A DNA stretch of 64,000 nt from Candidatus Eiseniibacteriota bacterium (GTDB taxonomy: Bacteria; Eisenbacteria; RBG-16-71-46). The DNA lies in NCBI GenBank assembly GCA_963717505.1, contig OY970342.1, forward strand, positions 192,001 through 256,000, written 5' to 3'. Below the pieces are notes generated by a model. The model worked only from the letters and a program-made list of their open reading frames with translations, had not been told where the DNA came from and ran no database searches. Below, piece by piece: positions 45,444 through 56,293 of the stretch (its first letter is position 1; each line of letters begins with the position of its first letter). A program made the position numbers and the translations under genes.

Positions 45444-45584
45444 CGATTCCTCCAGGCCTGAGTTCAAGACTTCGCCCGCGGGCCGCTCGGGCGGCGCGCG
45501 GGGCGGGCTGCGCAATCTAGCCTGCCGCCCCCTCGCGCGCCACGGTGGTGCGGGGCCGGACCGCTTCTGCCGATCACTTGGGAC

Positions 45585-48035
45585 GTGCGCCATGTCTCGA
45601 TCGGACGCCTGCCCCTATTGACCCGACCGGTCCTGGTTGCCGGGGTGCTGGGCCTCGCCTTGTTCCTCCGCGCCTGGCGAATCCGGCACGGCCTGCCCGA
45701 CTTCCTGGAAGAGGCGATGCCGTTCCGCCTGGCACTCGCCATGCGCGACGGCGCGACCGGGAACATCGACTGGAATCCTCATGGCTTCCAGCTCCCGTCG
45801 CTGACGATCTACCTCCACTTCCTGGTGCAACAACTGACGTTTCTAGTCGGATCGTGGCTCGGGCACTACCGTTCGTGGGCCGACTACCTGGTCGCCTACC
45901 ACGTCGACCCGACGCCGATGGTGCTGGCGGCGCGCAGCCTGGGGATCGTGTTCGACATGCTGGGGGTCGCGGCGGTGATGCGCATCGGCCGCCGTCTGTG
46001 GCCGGGCGCCGGCCTGGTCGCGGGACTGATCGTTGCCTGCTCGCCGGCCATGATCGTGACCGCGCGCTCGATCAATCCGGAAACCCTGATGACCGCGCTC
46101 GGTTTGTGGGCGATCGAGCGCATGCTGACCTGGCATGCGCACGGGTCGAGGTCCAGCTTGCGCTGGTCGGTCGCGCTGATCGGCCTGGCGGCGGGCGCCC
46201 ACTACCCGGCCCTGGCCCTGTTGCTCCCGCTCGGCGGCCTCATGTGGGATCGAGAGCGCGGCCTCGGCATCAAGATCGTGCTGCGCCGCTGGGGCGTCGC
46301 GTGCGCGGGAGTCGCCGCGGTGTTCGCAATCACCTCGCCGTTCGCGCTCATCGACTTCCCGACCTTGTGGCGAGACCTGACCGCCGATCGCGGCGCTGGC
46401 AGCCACCTGTGGATGGTGGCGCAGCGCAGTTTCGGATTCCACGCGTCGCATCTCGCGCGCAACCTGGGTGCCATGGGGACCATCCTGTGGATCGCCTCAC
46501 CGGTGGTGACCGCGTTCGAGCCCCGTGCGCGGCGCGTGCCGATTGCCACCCTGTGGATGGCATTGCTGTGCTTCGGGGTGCCGGTCGCGATCGCGCGCAT
46601 CGACGCGGAGCGCTTCATCCTGCCGGTGGTGGCGACCGCGGCGCTGCTCACTGCCGCAACGCTCTTCGCCTGTCTGCGCCCCTTCCATCGCGGGGCGCGC
46701 GCCGGATTCGTCGGGATCCTCGCGGTCCTGACCTGCGCCCCGCTGATGGTCGATGGGCTGCGCGCCGGGGCTCGCGGCTCGGACACCACGCAGATCCAGG
46801 CTCGGCGATGGTGCGAGCGGTTCCTCAAGCCGAGCGATCTGATGGTCCAGGAGGGCTACAGCGCGCGCCTGCCGACCGCCCATCAAATGGCCAATGCGCG
46901 CGCGTCGGATTGGTTTCGGAAAGCTTCGCCCGAGTGGCGGGAGCGCATGGAGCGGGTCCGCACCTATCGGGTCGTGGCGCTGCCGTTCGCGGTCTCGGGA
47001 TCGATCACCGAGGTGATCCGGCTCCCGAACGGCGGCGCGCGCGAGCTCGACGTGCTTCCCCACGCGGAGCAGCTCAATCAGGTGTTCTACGACCCGCGCC
47101 TGTTCGATGGCGTCGAGTACTTCATGACCAGCAGCTCGATTCGCGATCGCTACCTGGCCGACACCAAGCGTTTTCCGGTTCAGGCCGCGTTCTACCGGTT
47201 GCTCGACACGGCCGGCGAGGAAGTCGTGCGCTTCACGCCGCACGGGGTGGTCGAGGGCCCGGAGATCGTGGTACGCAAACTGGGTTCGCGCTACCGCGCG
47301 GCGATCATTGCACGCGGCGGCGTCGACTCTCTGTGGTGGACCCGTTGCGTCCCGCGTGAGTATCGATCGCAGGTCACGGCCATGCTCGGTCCGCATCCGG
47401 CGCCCGAGAAGGCGACCCGTCTTCCGGAGCCGGTGGCCGGTTCCGCATCCGACTCGATCGCTCGGTCGGACATGGACAGTCTGGTCGCGGACGACATGCC
47501 TCCACCCGCGATCGGCTTCGACGAGCCGCCGGCGGTGCCGGTGGCCAGCGAGCTGGTCGGGTCGGAGCCCGTTCGGCGGCCGCTCGAGTCCGATGCCGCA
47601 TCGACTCCACCAGGAACCGAGGGCGAAGTGCCCATTTGGGTGAGAACCCTCACCACCTTCTATTACACCCGCATCCGATCGTTCTCGGATCTCATGGCCA
47701 TCCATCTCGCGGGCACCGAACAATGGGAGGCCGCGCGTCGCTTCGCCCTGGCGACCTACATCATGCACCCCAACGACGAGGCCGCAGCCATTCTCCTGAG
47801 CGTGACCTCGCGGCGCTCGGGCCGGCCGGAAGAGGCGCGCAAGACCATCGAACGCACCCTGGACGCGCGGCCGCCCGAGGCCCGCGGACGGGCACTGCTC
47901 CTCGAGTATGCGCACGCCCTGCGCGAGTCCGGCGACCTCGCCGACTCGCGCCTGGTGCTGACCACGCTGGCCGAGGCGCCCTTGGGGAATCTGGTCGGCG
48001 ACGAAGCCCGGCGGCTCCTCGCCACACAACCCTGA
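45585..48035 (+). CDS. GT-C (ArnT/PMT family 39-like) membrane glycosyltransferase with periplasmic and TPR-like C-terminal region
   Basis: LRAW..GLP..EE loop after TM1, many TMs, RFILP, helical repeat C-terminus. Confidence 0.7.
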   Translation: MRHVSIGRLPLLTRPVLVAGVLGLALFLRAWRIRHGLPDFLEEAMPFRLALAMRDGATGNIDWNPHGFQLPSLTIYLHFLVQQLTFLVGSWLGHYRSWADYLVAYHVDPTPMVLAARSLGIVFDMLGVAAVMRIGRRLWPGAGLVAGLIVACSPAMIVTARSINPETLMTALGLWAIERMLTWHAHGSRSSLRWSVALIGLAAGAHYPALALLLPLGGLMWDRERGLGIKIVLRRWGVACAGVAAVFAITSPFALIDFPTLWRDLTADRGAGSHLWMVAQRSFGFHASHLARNLGAMGTILWIASPVVTAFEPRARRVPIATLWMALLCFGVPVAIARIDAERFILPVVATAALLTAATLFACLRPFHRGARAGFVGILAVLTCAPLMVDGLRAGARGSDTTQIQARRWCERFLKPSDLMVQEGYSARLPTAHQMANARASDWFRKASPEWRERMERVRTYRVVALPFAVSGSITEVIRLPNGGARELDVLPHAEQLNQVFYDPRLFDGVEYFMTSSSIRDRYLADTKRFPVQAAFYRLLDTAGEEVVRFTPHGVVEGPEIVVRKLGSRYRAAIIARGGVDSLWWTRCVPREYRSQVTAMLGPHPAPEKATRLPEPVAGSASDSIARSDMDSLVADDMPPPAIGFDEPPAVPVASELVGSEPVRRPLESDAASTPPGTEGEVPIWVRTLTTFYYTRIRSFSDLMAIHLAGTEQWEAARRFALATYIMHPNDEAAAILLSVTSRRSGRPEEARKTIERTLDARPPEARGRALLLEYAHALRESGDLADSRLVLTTLAEAPLGNLVGDEARRLLATQP

Positions 48036-48129
48036 CGAATTCCGGACCCGGCGATTTCACGCGCCACCCGCCCTGACGTTACTCTTCTTACTTCATGCCC
48101 ACCCCACTCACCTGCTCCCGCTCAACACC

Positions 48130-49064
48130 ATGGGCGGCCGCGTGAGCGCGACCTGGTTACCGGTGCTGGCCGCAGCCGCGCTCGCGACCACTCCCGGGGA
48201 CACGGCTCGGCCGGCTCCGGCTCCCGATTCCGCGGTGGTGTCGACGCAGCCAAACCCCTTCGCGCGCTACCAGGCGTTGCTCGCCGACTACCTGGTGGTG
48301 ACGTCGTCGCCGGGCCAGCCGCTCGAAACGCGATTCGACTACGTCCGCCTGCACGACAATCCCGGGCGCTTCGAGCGTATGCAGCGCATCCGCGGCGAGC
48401 TGCTGGACGAATCGCCGGCGAGAATGAGCCGCTCCGAGCGCCTGGCCTGGGCGATCAACACCTACAACTTCCTGGTGATCGAGCTTGCGACCGAGAACCT
48501 CATCGACCCGAACATCAGCGCCTACCTGCGCGTTCAGGGATACAGCGGCGTGGCGCGGAGCAGCGTCCAGCAGATCCAGGTCGAAGGCGTTCCGTTCTTC
48601 GAAACGCCGGTGGTCGAGATCGACCATCAGAGCTACTCGTTGAACACGTTCGAGCGCCGGTTCGTGTTCGAGGGATTCGACCCCAAGAACGGCGGAAAGT
48701 TGCCGCGCACCCTCGATCCACGGGCGCACTTCGCTCTGGTGTGCGCGGCCAAGGGTTGCCCGCCGCTCCGACCGGCGGCCTATCGCGCCGAGTCCCTCGA
48801 GGTCCAGCTCGACCGCGCGACGCGTGAAGCATTGGCGAGCCCGGCGCACCTGCGCTGGACTCCGGATGCCGGCGTCCTGTACGCCAGCTCGCTGTTCAAT
48901 TGGTACGTCGCCGACTTTGGCGGAGTCGACGGGGCCTACGCGTTCGTGGTCGCCCACGCGCCCGCGCCGGTGAGCGAGTCGCTCCGGGCACGCACCGGCG
49001 GTCGGATCGACCAGTTCATCACGTGGGATTGGAAGCTCAACATCGTTCCGCGACCCGACAAGAA

Positions 49065-49068
<4 letters not shown>
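48130..49068 (+). CDS. DUF547 domain exported protein
   Basis: AWAINTYN, SLNTFE, DPRAHFALVCAAKGCPPL, S.LFNWY..DF, WDWKLN. Confidence 0.88.
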
Positions 49069-50524
<1,456 letters not shown>

Positions 50525-50528
<4 letters not shown>

Positions 50529-52030
50529 ATCGCGGCAGGAAGAACGACTTCGTGCTGGCCCTCGACCAGGGCACCACCGGCTCGACCGCGCTGCTGATCG
50601 ACGCCCGAGGCGAGGTGCGCGGCCGAGGCTACGCCGAGTTGACCCAGCATTTTCCGCGACCCGGCTGGGTCGAGCACGACCCCGAGGAGATCTGGACCAG
50701 CGTGCTCGCGGCGGCGCGGGCGGCGCTCCGCGCCGGCCGGGCGTCCAGGGCACGGGTCGCTGCGATCGGCATCACCAATCAGCGCGAGACCACCGTGGTA
50801 TGGAACCGGCGCACCGGGCGTCCAATCGCGCGCGCCATCGTCTGGCAGGACCGGCGCACCACAGAGCGCTGTGCTGCGCTCAGGCGCGCGGGCCTCGAGC
50901 GCGAGATCCGGCGGAAGACCGGCTTGGTTCCCGACCCCTATTTTTCAGCGACCAAGCTGGAATGGCTGCTGGCGCACGTCCGAGGTGCGCGCGCGGCGGC
51001 TCGGCGTGGGCTGCTCGCCTTTGGCACGGTCGATAGCTGGCTCTTGTGGAAGCTGACCGGCGGTGCCCTCCACGCGACCGACCCGACCAACGCTTCGCGC
51101 ACCATGCTCTACGACATCCGCCGTCAGGACTGGGATGCCGGGCTCCTGCGCCGGTTCGGCGTGCCGCGCTCGATGCTGCCTGCGATCCTGCCCTCGAGCG
51201 GAACGTTTGGCGTCACGCACCGGGTTCCCGGCCTGGCCGACGGCACGCTGATCGCCGGTGTCGCCGGCGACCAGCAAGCCGCACTCTACGGCCAGGGTTG
51301 CGTCGCTTCGGGTCAATCCAAGAACACCTATGGTACCGGAGCGTTCTTGCTGCTCCACACCGGATCGCGCCCGGTCGCCTCGCGTGCCGGGCTCCTGACC
51401 ACGATGGCGTGCGGCCCGCGCGGCGAGCCGGCTTATGCTCTCGAGGGCAGCGTGTTCATCGCCGGGGCCGCGATCCAGTGGCTGCGAGACGGACTCGGGC
51501 TGTTCGCGCGAGCTTCCGAATCAGAGGCGCTGGCGGGCTCCGTGCCCGATACGGGTGGCGTGGTGCTGGTGCCGGCCTTCGTCGGACTCGGAGCGCCCCA
51601 CTGGCGGCCCGAAGTGCGCGGCGCCGTGTTCGGGCTGACGCGCGGCACGACGCGCGCGCACCTGGCGCGCGCGGCTCTCGAATCCCTGGCGTTCCAGAGT
51701 CGCGACCTGGCCGAGGCGATGGCCCGCGACGCCGGCCGGCGGATTCGCCGACTGCGTGTCGACGGTGGGGCGTCGGCCAACGACCTGCTCATGCAGTACC
51801 AGGCGGACCTGCTTGGAATTCCGGTCGAACGCCCGCGGGTGATCGAGACCACGGCACTCGGCGCCGGGCTCCTGGCCGGACTCGCGGCGGGCGTGTGGAG
51901 TTCGCCGCGCGAGCTGGACCGGGCACGGCGGATCGACCGCGTGTTCCGACCGACGAAGTCCGCGGCGTGGCGCGCGCGAGAACAGTCGCGGTGGCACGAG
52001 GCGGTCGAGCGACTGCTCGTCGAGGTCTAG
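50525..52030 (+). CDS. glpK: Glycerol kinase
   Basis: ALDQGTTGS, GITNQRET, IVWQDRRT, TDPTNASRT, GDQQAAL, KNTYGTG, DGGASAN. Confidence 0.95.
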
Positions 52031-52070
52031 GGTGCGAAGGGTCAGCGTCGAAGGGTGAGCGGTCGGGGGC

Positions 52071-52119
52071 GAGTCTGAGTCGCGCGGAGCCAGGGACGGC
52101 GGGAGCGCGACTCAGTCTC
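52071..52119. repeat. Inverted repeat between convergent genes (terminator or REP-like)
   Basis: GAGTCTGAGTCGCGC (52071-85) pairs with GCGCGACTCAGTCTC (52105-19), one mismatch. Confidence 0.6.
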
Positions 52120-52176
52120 AGCGAGTGAGGCAGGATGCTGAGCGAAACGGCCGTGGACCGCTGACTCTTTCGTCGC

Positions 52177-53034
52177 TCACCCACTACCCCGGGCGAGCCA
52201 GGCCACCACGTCGCGGATCACCTGCTCGCGGCCACGGTCGTTGAACATCTCGTGCCAGCCGTCGGGATAGGTGATCAACCGTGCCAGCGGGGCGGGTGCT
52301 GCGGCCGCGAATTCCCGCGACCCCACGACGTCGACCAGGCGATCGGCCTCGCCATGGAGCAGGAGCGCCGGCACGTGGAGCCGCCGCGCCTCGCGCAAGA
52401 CGCGTTGGCGCGCCTCGGCCAGTCCGAAGTACAGGCGCGGGCTGATCAGGTCGTGCTTCAAGGGGTCGGCCTCGCGCAGCCGGCAGACCTCGGGATCGTG
52501 CGAAATGCCGGTGGTGTCGAGCCCGGTCGGGAATCCTGTGGCGGGAGCAGTCACGCGGGCGACGTTGGCGAGCGCGAGCTTCCACCAGGGCGGAATTGCG
52601 CTCCGCAATCCGGGCGACGACGCCACTACCCGCTCGAGATCGCGCGAATGGGCGAGCGCGTAGTCGAGTGCGATCAGCCCCCCCATGCTATGGCCGAGCA
52701 GCACGCGCGGCAGCCGATCGGGCTGGCCCGGGAGTCCGAGGTTGGCGGTGAACATCGCGGGCACGATCTGGTCGCGCACCGGCAGCCAGCGAAAGTCACC
52801 CCGCGGGCCGGGCGCCTCGCCGTGCCCCGGAAGGTCGAGACATACGACCGAGTAGCCGGCGACGACCAGATCGGAGGCGAGTGCCGCGTAACGCCCGGAG
52901 TGCTCGCCGATCCCGTGGACGATCGCGATCAGGGCGTGTGGCGATTCGCGGCACCAGGCGCGACCCGGGAGCCTCATGCCCTCGACCCGCGCTTCGATCG
53001 CCCGCGACGGAACCGATCCTTCGGATGGATTCAA
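52177..53034 (-). CDS. Monoacylglycerol lipase / lysophospholipase (Hydrolase_4)
   Basis: SD GGGAGG plus TTG, VHGIGEHSGRY, DLPGHG, GHSMGG, HGEADRLV, WHE. Confidence 0.9.
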   Translation of the reverse strand: MNPSEGSVPSRAIEARVEGMRLPGRAWCRESPHALIAIVHGIGEHSGRYAALASDLVVAGYSVVCLDLPGHGEAPGPRGDFRWLPVRDQIVPAMFTANLGLPGQPDRLPRVLLGHSMGGLIALDYALAHSRDLERVVASSPGLRSAIPPWWKLALANVARVTAPATGFPTGLDTTGISHDPEVCRLREADPLKHDLISPRLYFGLAEARQRVLREARRLHVPALLLHGEADRLVDVVGSREFAAAAPAPLARLITYPDGWHEMFNDRGREQVIRDVVAWLARGSG

Positions 53035-53273
53035 CCGTTCCCTCCCTGGACCTGCTCGTTTGCTCGAAACGCGCCGCCGCTGACGAGTCCGAGCGCTCGC
53101 AACCTAGCGGAAGGCACTCGATCATCGCCAATCGTCATGTTGCACGTCCATGTTGCAGGACGCCAACAAGATGCAGTCCGCACGGAATCCGCACCGCGCT
53201 CAGTCGCCGCGATCGAGCCCTGTGCGGGTCCAATCGCATGCGGCGCAACCAAGTAACCTAACTCGCCCCCCCG

Positions 53274-53289
53274 TGGCATCGCGGTTGCA
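53274..53289 (+). promoter_or_regulatory. Sigma54 -24/-12 promoter of pilin 1
   Basis: TGGCATCGCGGTTGCA (GG-N10-GC). Confidence 0.8.
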
Positions 53290-53362
53290 CAGGACGCGCA
53301 TTGTTAGCCGGGGCCGGAGACACGACCGGGAGTATTTCGACCGTTCATCCCTCGAGGTTGCC

Positions 53363-53791
53363 ATGGTTCGTCGCGAGCGGGGCTTCACTCTGATCGAGCT
53401 GATGATCGTGGTCGTGATCATCGGCATCCTCGCCGCCATCGCGATCCCGAATTTCATCGCGATGCAGAACCGAGCGAAGGAAGGCAGCACCAAGTCCAAC
53501 ATGCACACCTTCCAGGTGACCGCCGAGGACTACTCGGTCCTGAACGACGGCCGCTATGCCGATCTCGCAGCCACGGTCGCGGGGCTGATGCCCGCCGGGC
53601 TTCGGTTCATGAACCCGTTCGACAAGTCGCTCGGTTCCGGGAACGCCTGGGAAGACCGTGCCGGCTTCTCGGCCGTACCCACGAAGTCCGGAATCGTCAG
53701 CTACGCGGATTCCGCCTCGGGCTATACCTACAACATCAAGGGCCATGGGCTGAACACTCCGTTCCCCATCGTCCTGACTGCCGGGCAGTAG
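53363..53791 (+). CDS. Type IVa pilin 1
   Basis: RERG|FTLIELMIVVVIIGILAAIAIPNF prepilin motif, SD GAGG. Confidence 0.92.
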   Translation: MVRRERGFTLIELMIVVVIIGILAAIAIPNFIAMQNRAKEGSTKSNMHTFQVTAEDYSVLNDGRYADLAATVAGLMPAGLRFMNPFDKSLGSGNAWEDRAGFSAVPTKSGIVSYADSASGYTYNIKGHGLNTPFPIVLTAGQ

Positions 53792-54219
53792 CACCTTCCC
53801 CCCACCGACCCGCGCACGCGCCAGGCGCCTTTCGGGGTACTCCGAAGTCGCGAGCGTCAGTGGAGCCCCGGCGGTCCCGAGCTCGAACCTGCGCCCACGT
53901 TGCATTCTGCACGGAATGCCGTGGGCGCTCGCGCTTCGTCTCCGATCCCCGTCGCGGATCGCGCCCGCCGTTCCCTTCCTCGCCCAGTGCGCCGCGCCCC
54001 GCTCCTGCTCTGCTCGGCAACCTCTCCTTGGGGAACTCGCGCCGCATGCGGAACTCGCTGAGGCCAGGGAGCCTTTCGCGTTTGCCATGCAATCCCCCCG
54101 AAAGCGTGCGGATTGCATTTCGCCATTGAGGTGTTTGGTTCGGGTGGCAAGGCCCGGTCGAAACCGTCACGCGTTGCCGCACAGTCACTTGCGCTGCTGG
54201 TCCAGGCTTCGTCGCGCCC

Positions 54220-54235
54220 TGGCATCTGGCTTGCC
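54220..54235 (+). promoter_or_regulatory. Sigma54 -24/-12 promoter of pilin 2
   Basis: TGGCATCTGGCTTGCC (GG-N10-GC). Confidence 0.8.
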
Positions 54236-54302
54236 TGATTCACTTCTGTAACGACGCCTGTCGGCGATCGGTTCAAGAACCCCCAGCGGAGGAGTTGCAA
54301 CG

Positions 54303-54734
54303 ATGCTCAAGTCCCAGAAGGGCTTCACCCTGATCGAGCTGATGATCGTCGTCGTCATCATCGGCATTCTCGCTGCGATCGCGATCCCGAACTTCATCGC
54401 GATGCAGAACCGCGCCAAGGAAGGCAGCACCAAGTCGAACATGCACACCTTCCAGCTGTCGGCCGAAGACTACGGCGTTCAGTGGGACGGCGTGTACGCA
54501 GTCGATGCGGACGTGGTCGCGACCTTGCTGCCTTCGGCTGGCGCGAACTTCAAGAACCCGTTCGATCAGTCTGCCGGTTCGGGTAACTCGTGGGCCGACC
54601 GTGCCAGCATCCTCACGCCGGCGACGGGCCCGTCGGGCATGACCAGCTACGCTGACAGCTCGCAGAACACGTACAACATCATGGGCTACGGCAAGACGGC
54701 TCCTTTGTCGCTCGTCCTGACGGCTGGCCAGTAA
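54303..54734 (+). CDS. pilA: Type IVa pilin 2 (probable major pilin)
   Basis: QKG|FTLIELMIVV, SD GGAGGAG, own terminator. Confidence 0.88.
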   Translation: MLKSQKGFTLIELMIVVVIIGILAAIAIPNFIAMQNRAKEGSTKSNMHTFQLSAEDYGVQWDGVYAVDADVVATLLPSAGANFKNPFDQSAGSGNSWADRASILTPATGPSGMTSYADSSQNTYNIMGYGKTAPLSLVLTAGQ

Positions 54735-54801
54735 TTCGACTGCAAGGGGGGCCGTACCAACGGCTCACCTGCAAACGGGGAACTCCAGGCCCCCGTTGAC
54801 G

Positions 54802-54840
54802 AGAGGCGGCGGATCACTCCGCCGCCTCTTCGTTTGTTTT
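54802..54840 (+). terminator. Intrinsic terminator after pilin 2
   Basis: AGAGGCGGCGGA-tcac-TCCGCCGCCTCT followed by TCGTTTGTTTT. Confidence 0.85.
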
Positions 54841-54875
54841 GCGGGCTGGGCGTCCGCGGCTAGACTCGCGGCCCA

Positions 54876-56231
54876 ATGTCCGCGCCCCCTGAAGAGTCCC
54901 CGCCGCGCCGCCTGATCGTGCCGGGCGCCGAGCCCGAAGCCACGGAAAAGCCGCGCCTGATCGTGCCGCCCGGCGCCACGGTCGCCGACGAGGAGCTGCC
55001 CGAGTTCCCGAAGCTCCGGCCTCTGATCTTGATTCCGGTCTCCGACGGGCAGCGGGAGGTCGTGCTGGTCCAGGATCCGCTCGGGGTGGTGCAGGGTCAG
55101 CCCGTGCTGGGCATCGAAGCCCTGGGGCTCCTCCAGCTATTCGACGGCGCGACCGCGCTCAACGACATCACGGCGGCCGTCATGCGCGAGAGCAAGGACC
55201 TGCGCGTCGCGAACATGATTCGCGACTTCGTCTCCAAGGTCGACCGGCTGCTGATGCTCGACTCGCCGCGCTTCCACCGCGCGTGGCAGGAGATCCGCGA
55301 CGCCTACCACCCGCTCGAGATCCGCCAGGCGGTGTTCGAGGGGCGCTCGTACCCGGCCGAACCCGAGGTGCTCGAACGGTTCCTCGACGAGCACTACACG
55401 GCCGCGAGCGAGTCTTCGCCGCCGGGCTCGACCGCGCCACGGAAGGGTCCACCGCGCGCGCTGCTCGCGCCGCATCTCGATCCGCGCCGGGCCGGCAAGG
55501 CAATGGCCCTGGCCTACCGCGAGCTCGATCCGGCCGACGCCGAGCGCGAGCCGCTGCGCATTGTCGTGTTCGGCACCGGCCACACGATGTTCGCCGACCT
55601 GTTCGCGCTGACGCGCAAGCACTTCGAGACCCCGCTCGGCCGGCTCGAGTGCGACACGGCGTTCGTCGACGCGGTGGCCGGGCGTCTGGGCGAGGCCGCC
55701 TACCAATCCGAAATCGTCCATCGTGAGGAACACTCGATCGAATTCCAGGCGGTCTACCTCAAGCACCGCTTCCGCGATCGAAAGGTGACGTTAGTCCCGA
55801 TCCTGTGTGGCGGCTTCCACTCGCTGCTCGACGCCGGCCAGACGCCGCGCGACTCGCCTGAGTTCGAGGCGCTGATCGCGGCGGTCCGCGACACCGAGCG
55901 TGAGTGCTCTGGCCGAACGATCTACGTCGCCGGCATCGACCTGTCGCACCTCGGCCCGCGCTTCGGCGACCCGACGGCCGACGACCGCGTGCGCGGCGAG
56001 GCCGAAGGGGTCGACCGCGCCGCCCTCGAGGCCGCGCGTCGGGGGGATGCCGACGGCTGGTTCCAGGCGATCGCCGCGCAGGACGATGCCACGCGCATCT
56101 GCGGCCTGGCCCCGACCTACGCGATGCTCCGTTGCGCGAGTCCGGGCGAGGGCCGGCTGATTCACTACGAGCGATCCGACGAGCCTGACAGCTCGTTCGT
56201 CAGCATCGCCGCCGCGGTCTGGGATTCCTGA
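54876..56231 (+). CDS. amrB: AmmeMemoRadiSam system protein B (MEMO1 family) with N-terminal extension
   Basis: G.SYP, APHLD, GTGH, FETPLG, HREEHSIEFQ, DLSHLG.RFGD, ICG..P. Confidence 0.88.
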   Translation: MSAPPEESPPRRLIVPGAEPEATEKPRLIVPPGATVADEELPEFPKLRPLILIPVSDGQREVVLVQDPLGVVQGQPVLGIEALGLLQLFDGATALNDITAAVMRESKDLRVANMIRDFVSKVDRLLMLDSPRFHRAWQEIRDAYHPLEIRQAVFEGRSYPAEPEVLERFLDEHYTAASESSPPGSTAPRKGPPRALLAPHLDPRRAGKAMALAYRELDPADAEREPLRIVVFGTGHTMFADLFALTRKHFETPLGRLECDTAFVDAVAGRLGEAAYQSEIVHREEHSIEFQAVYLKHRFRDRKVTLVPILCGGFHSLLDAGQTPRDSPEFEALIAAVRDTERECSGRTIYVAGIDLSHLGPRFGDPTADDRVRGEAEGVDRAALEAARRGDADGWFQAIAAQDDATRICGLAPTYAMLRCASPGEGRLIHYERSDEPDSSFVSIAAAVWDS

Positions 56232-56293
56232 CGGCCCTACGCCGAGGGGCTGAATAGGGCAAGGAAGGCGGCGCGCGGGCCGATAGAGGCCCC

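Noticed and set aside
53363-54734. Electrically conductive (Geobacter-type) pilins
   Set aside because: Full-length pilins of about 135 aa with Met rather than an aromatic at position 27; pilin 2 has about 12 aromatic residues in 136, which is not persuasive.
56260-56293. Sigma28-like GCCGATA -10 boxes before several starts (56279, 60338; GCCGATCA at 45569)
   Set aside because: GCCGAT is common in high-GC DNA and a consistent -35 element is lacking.
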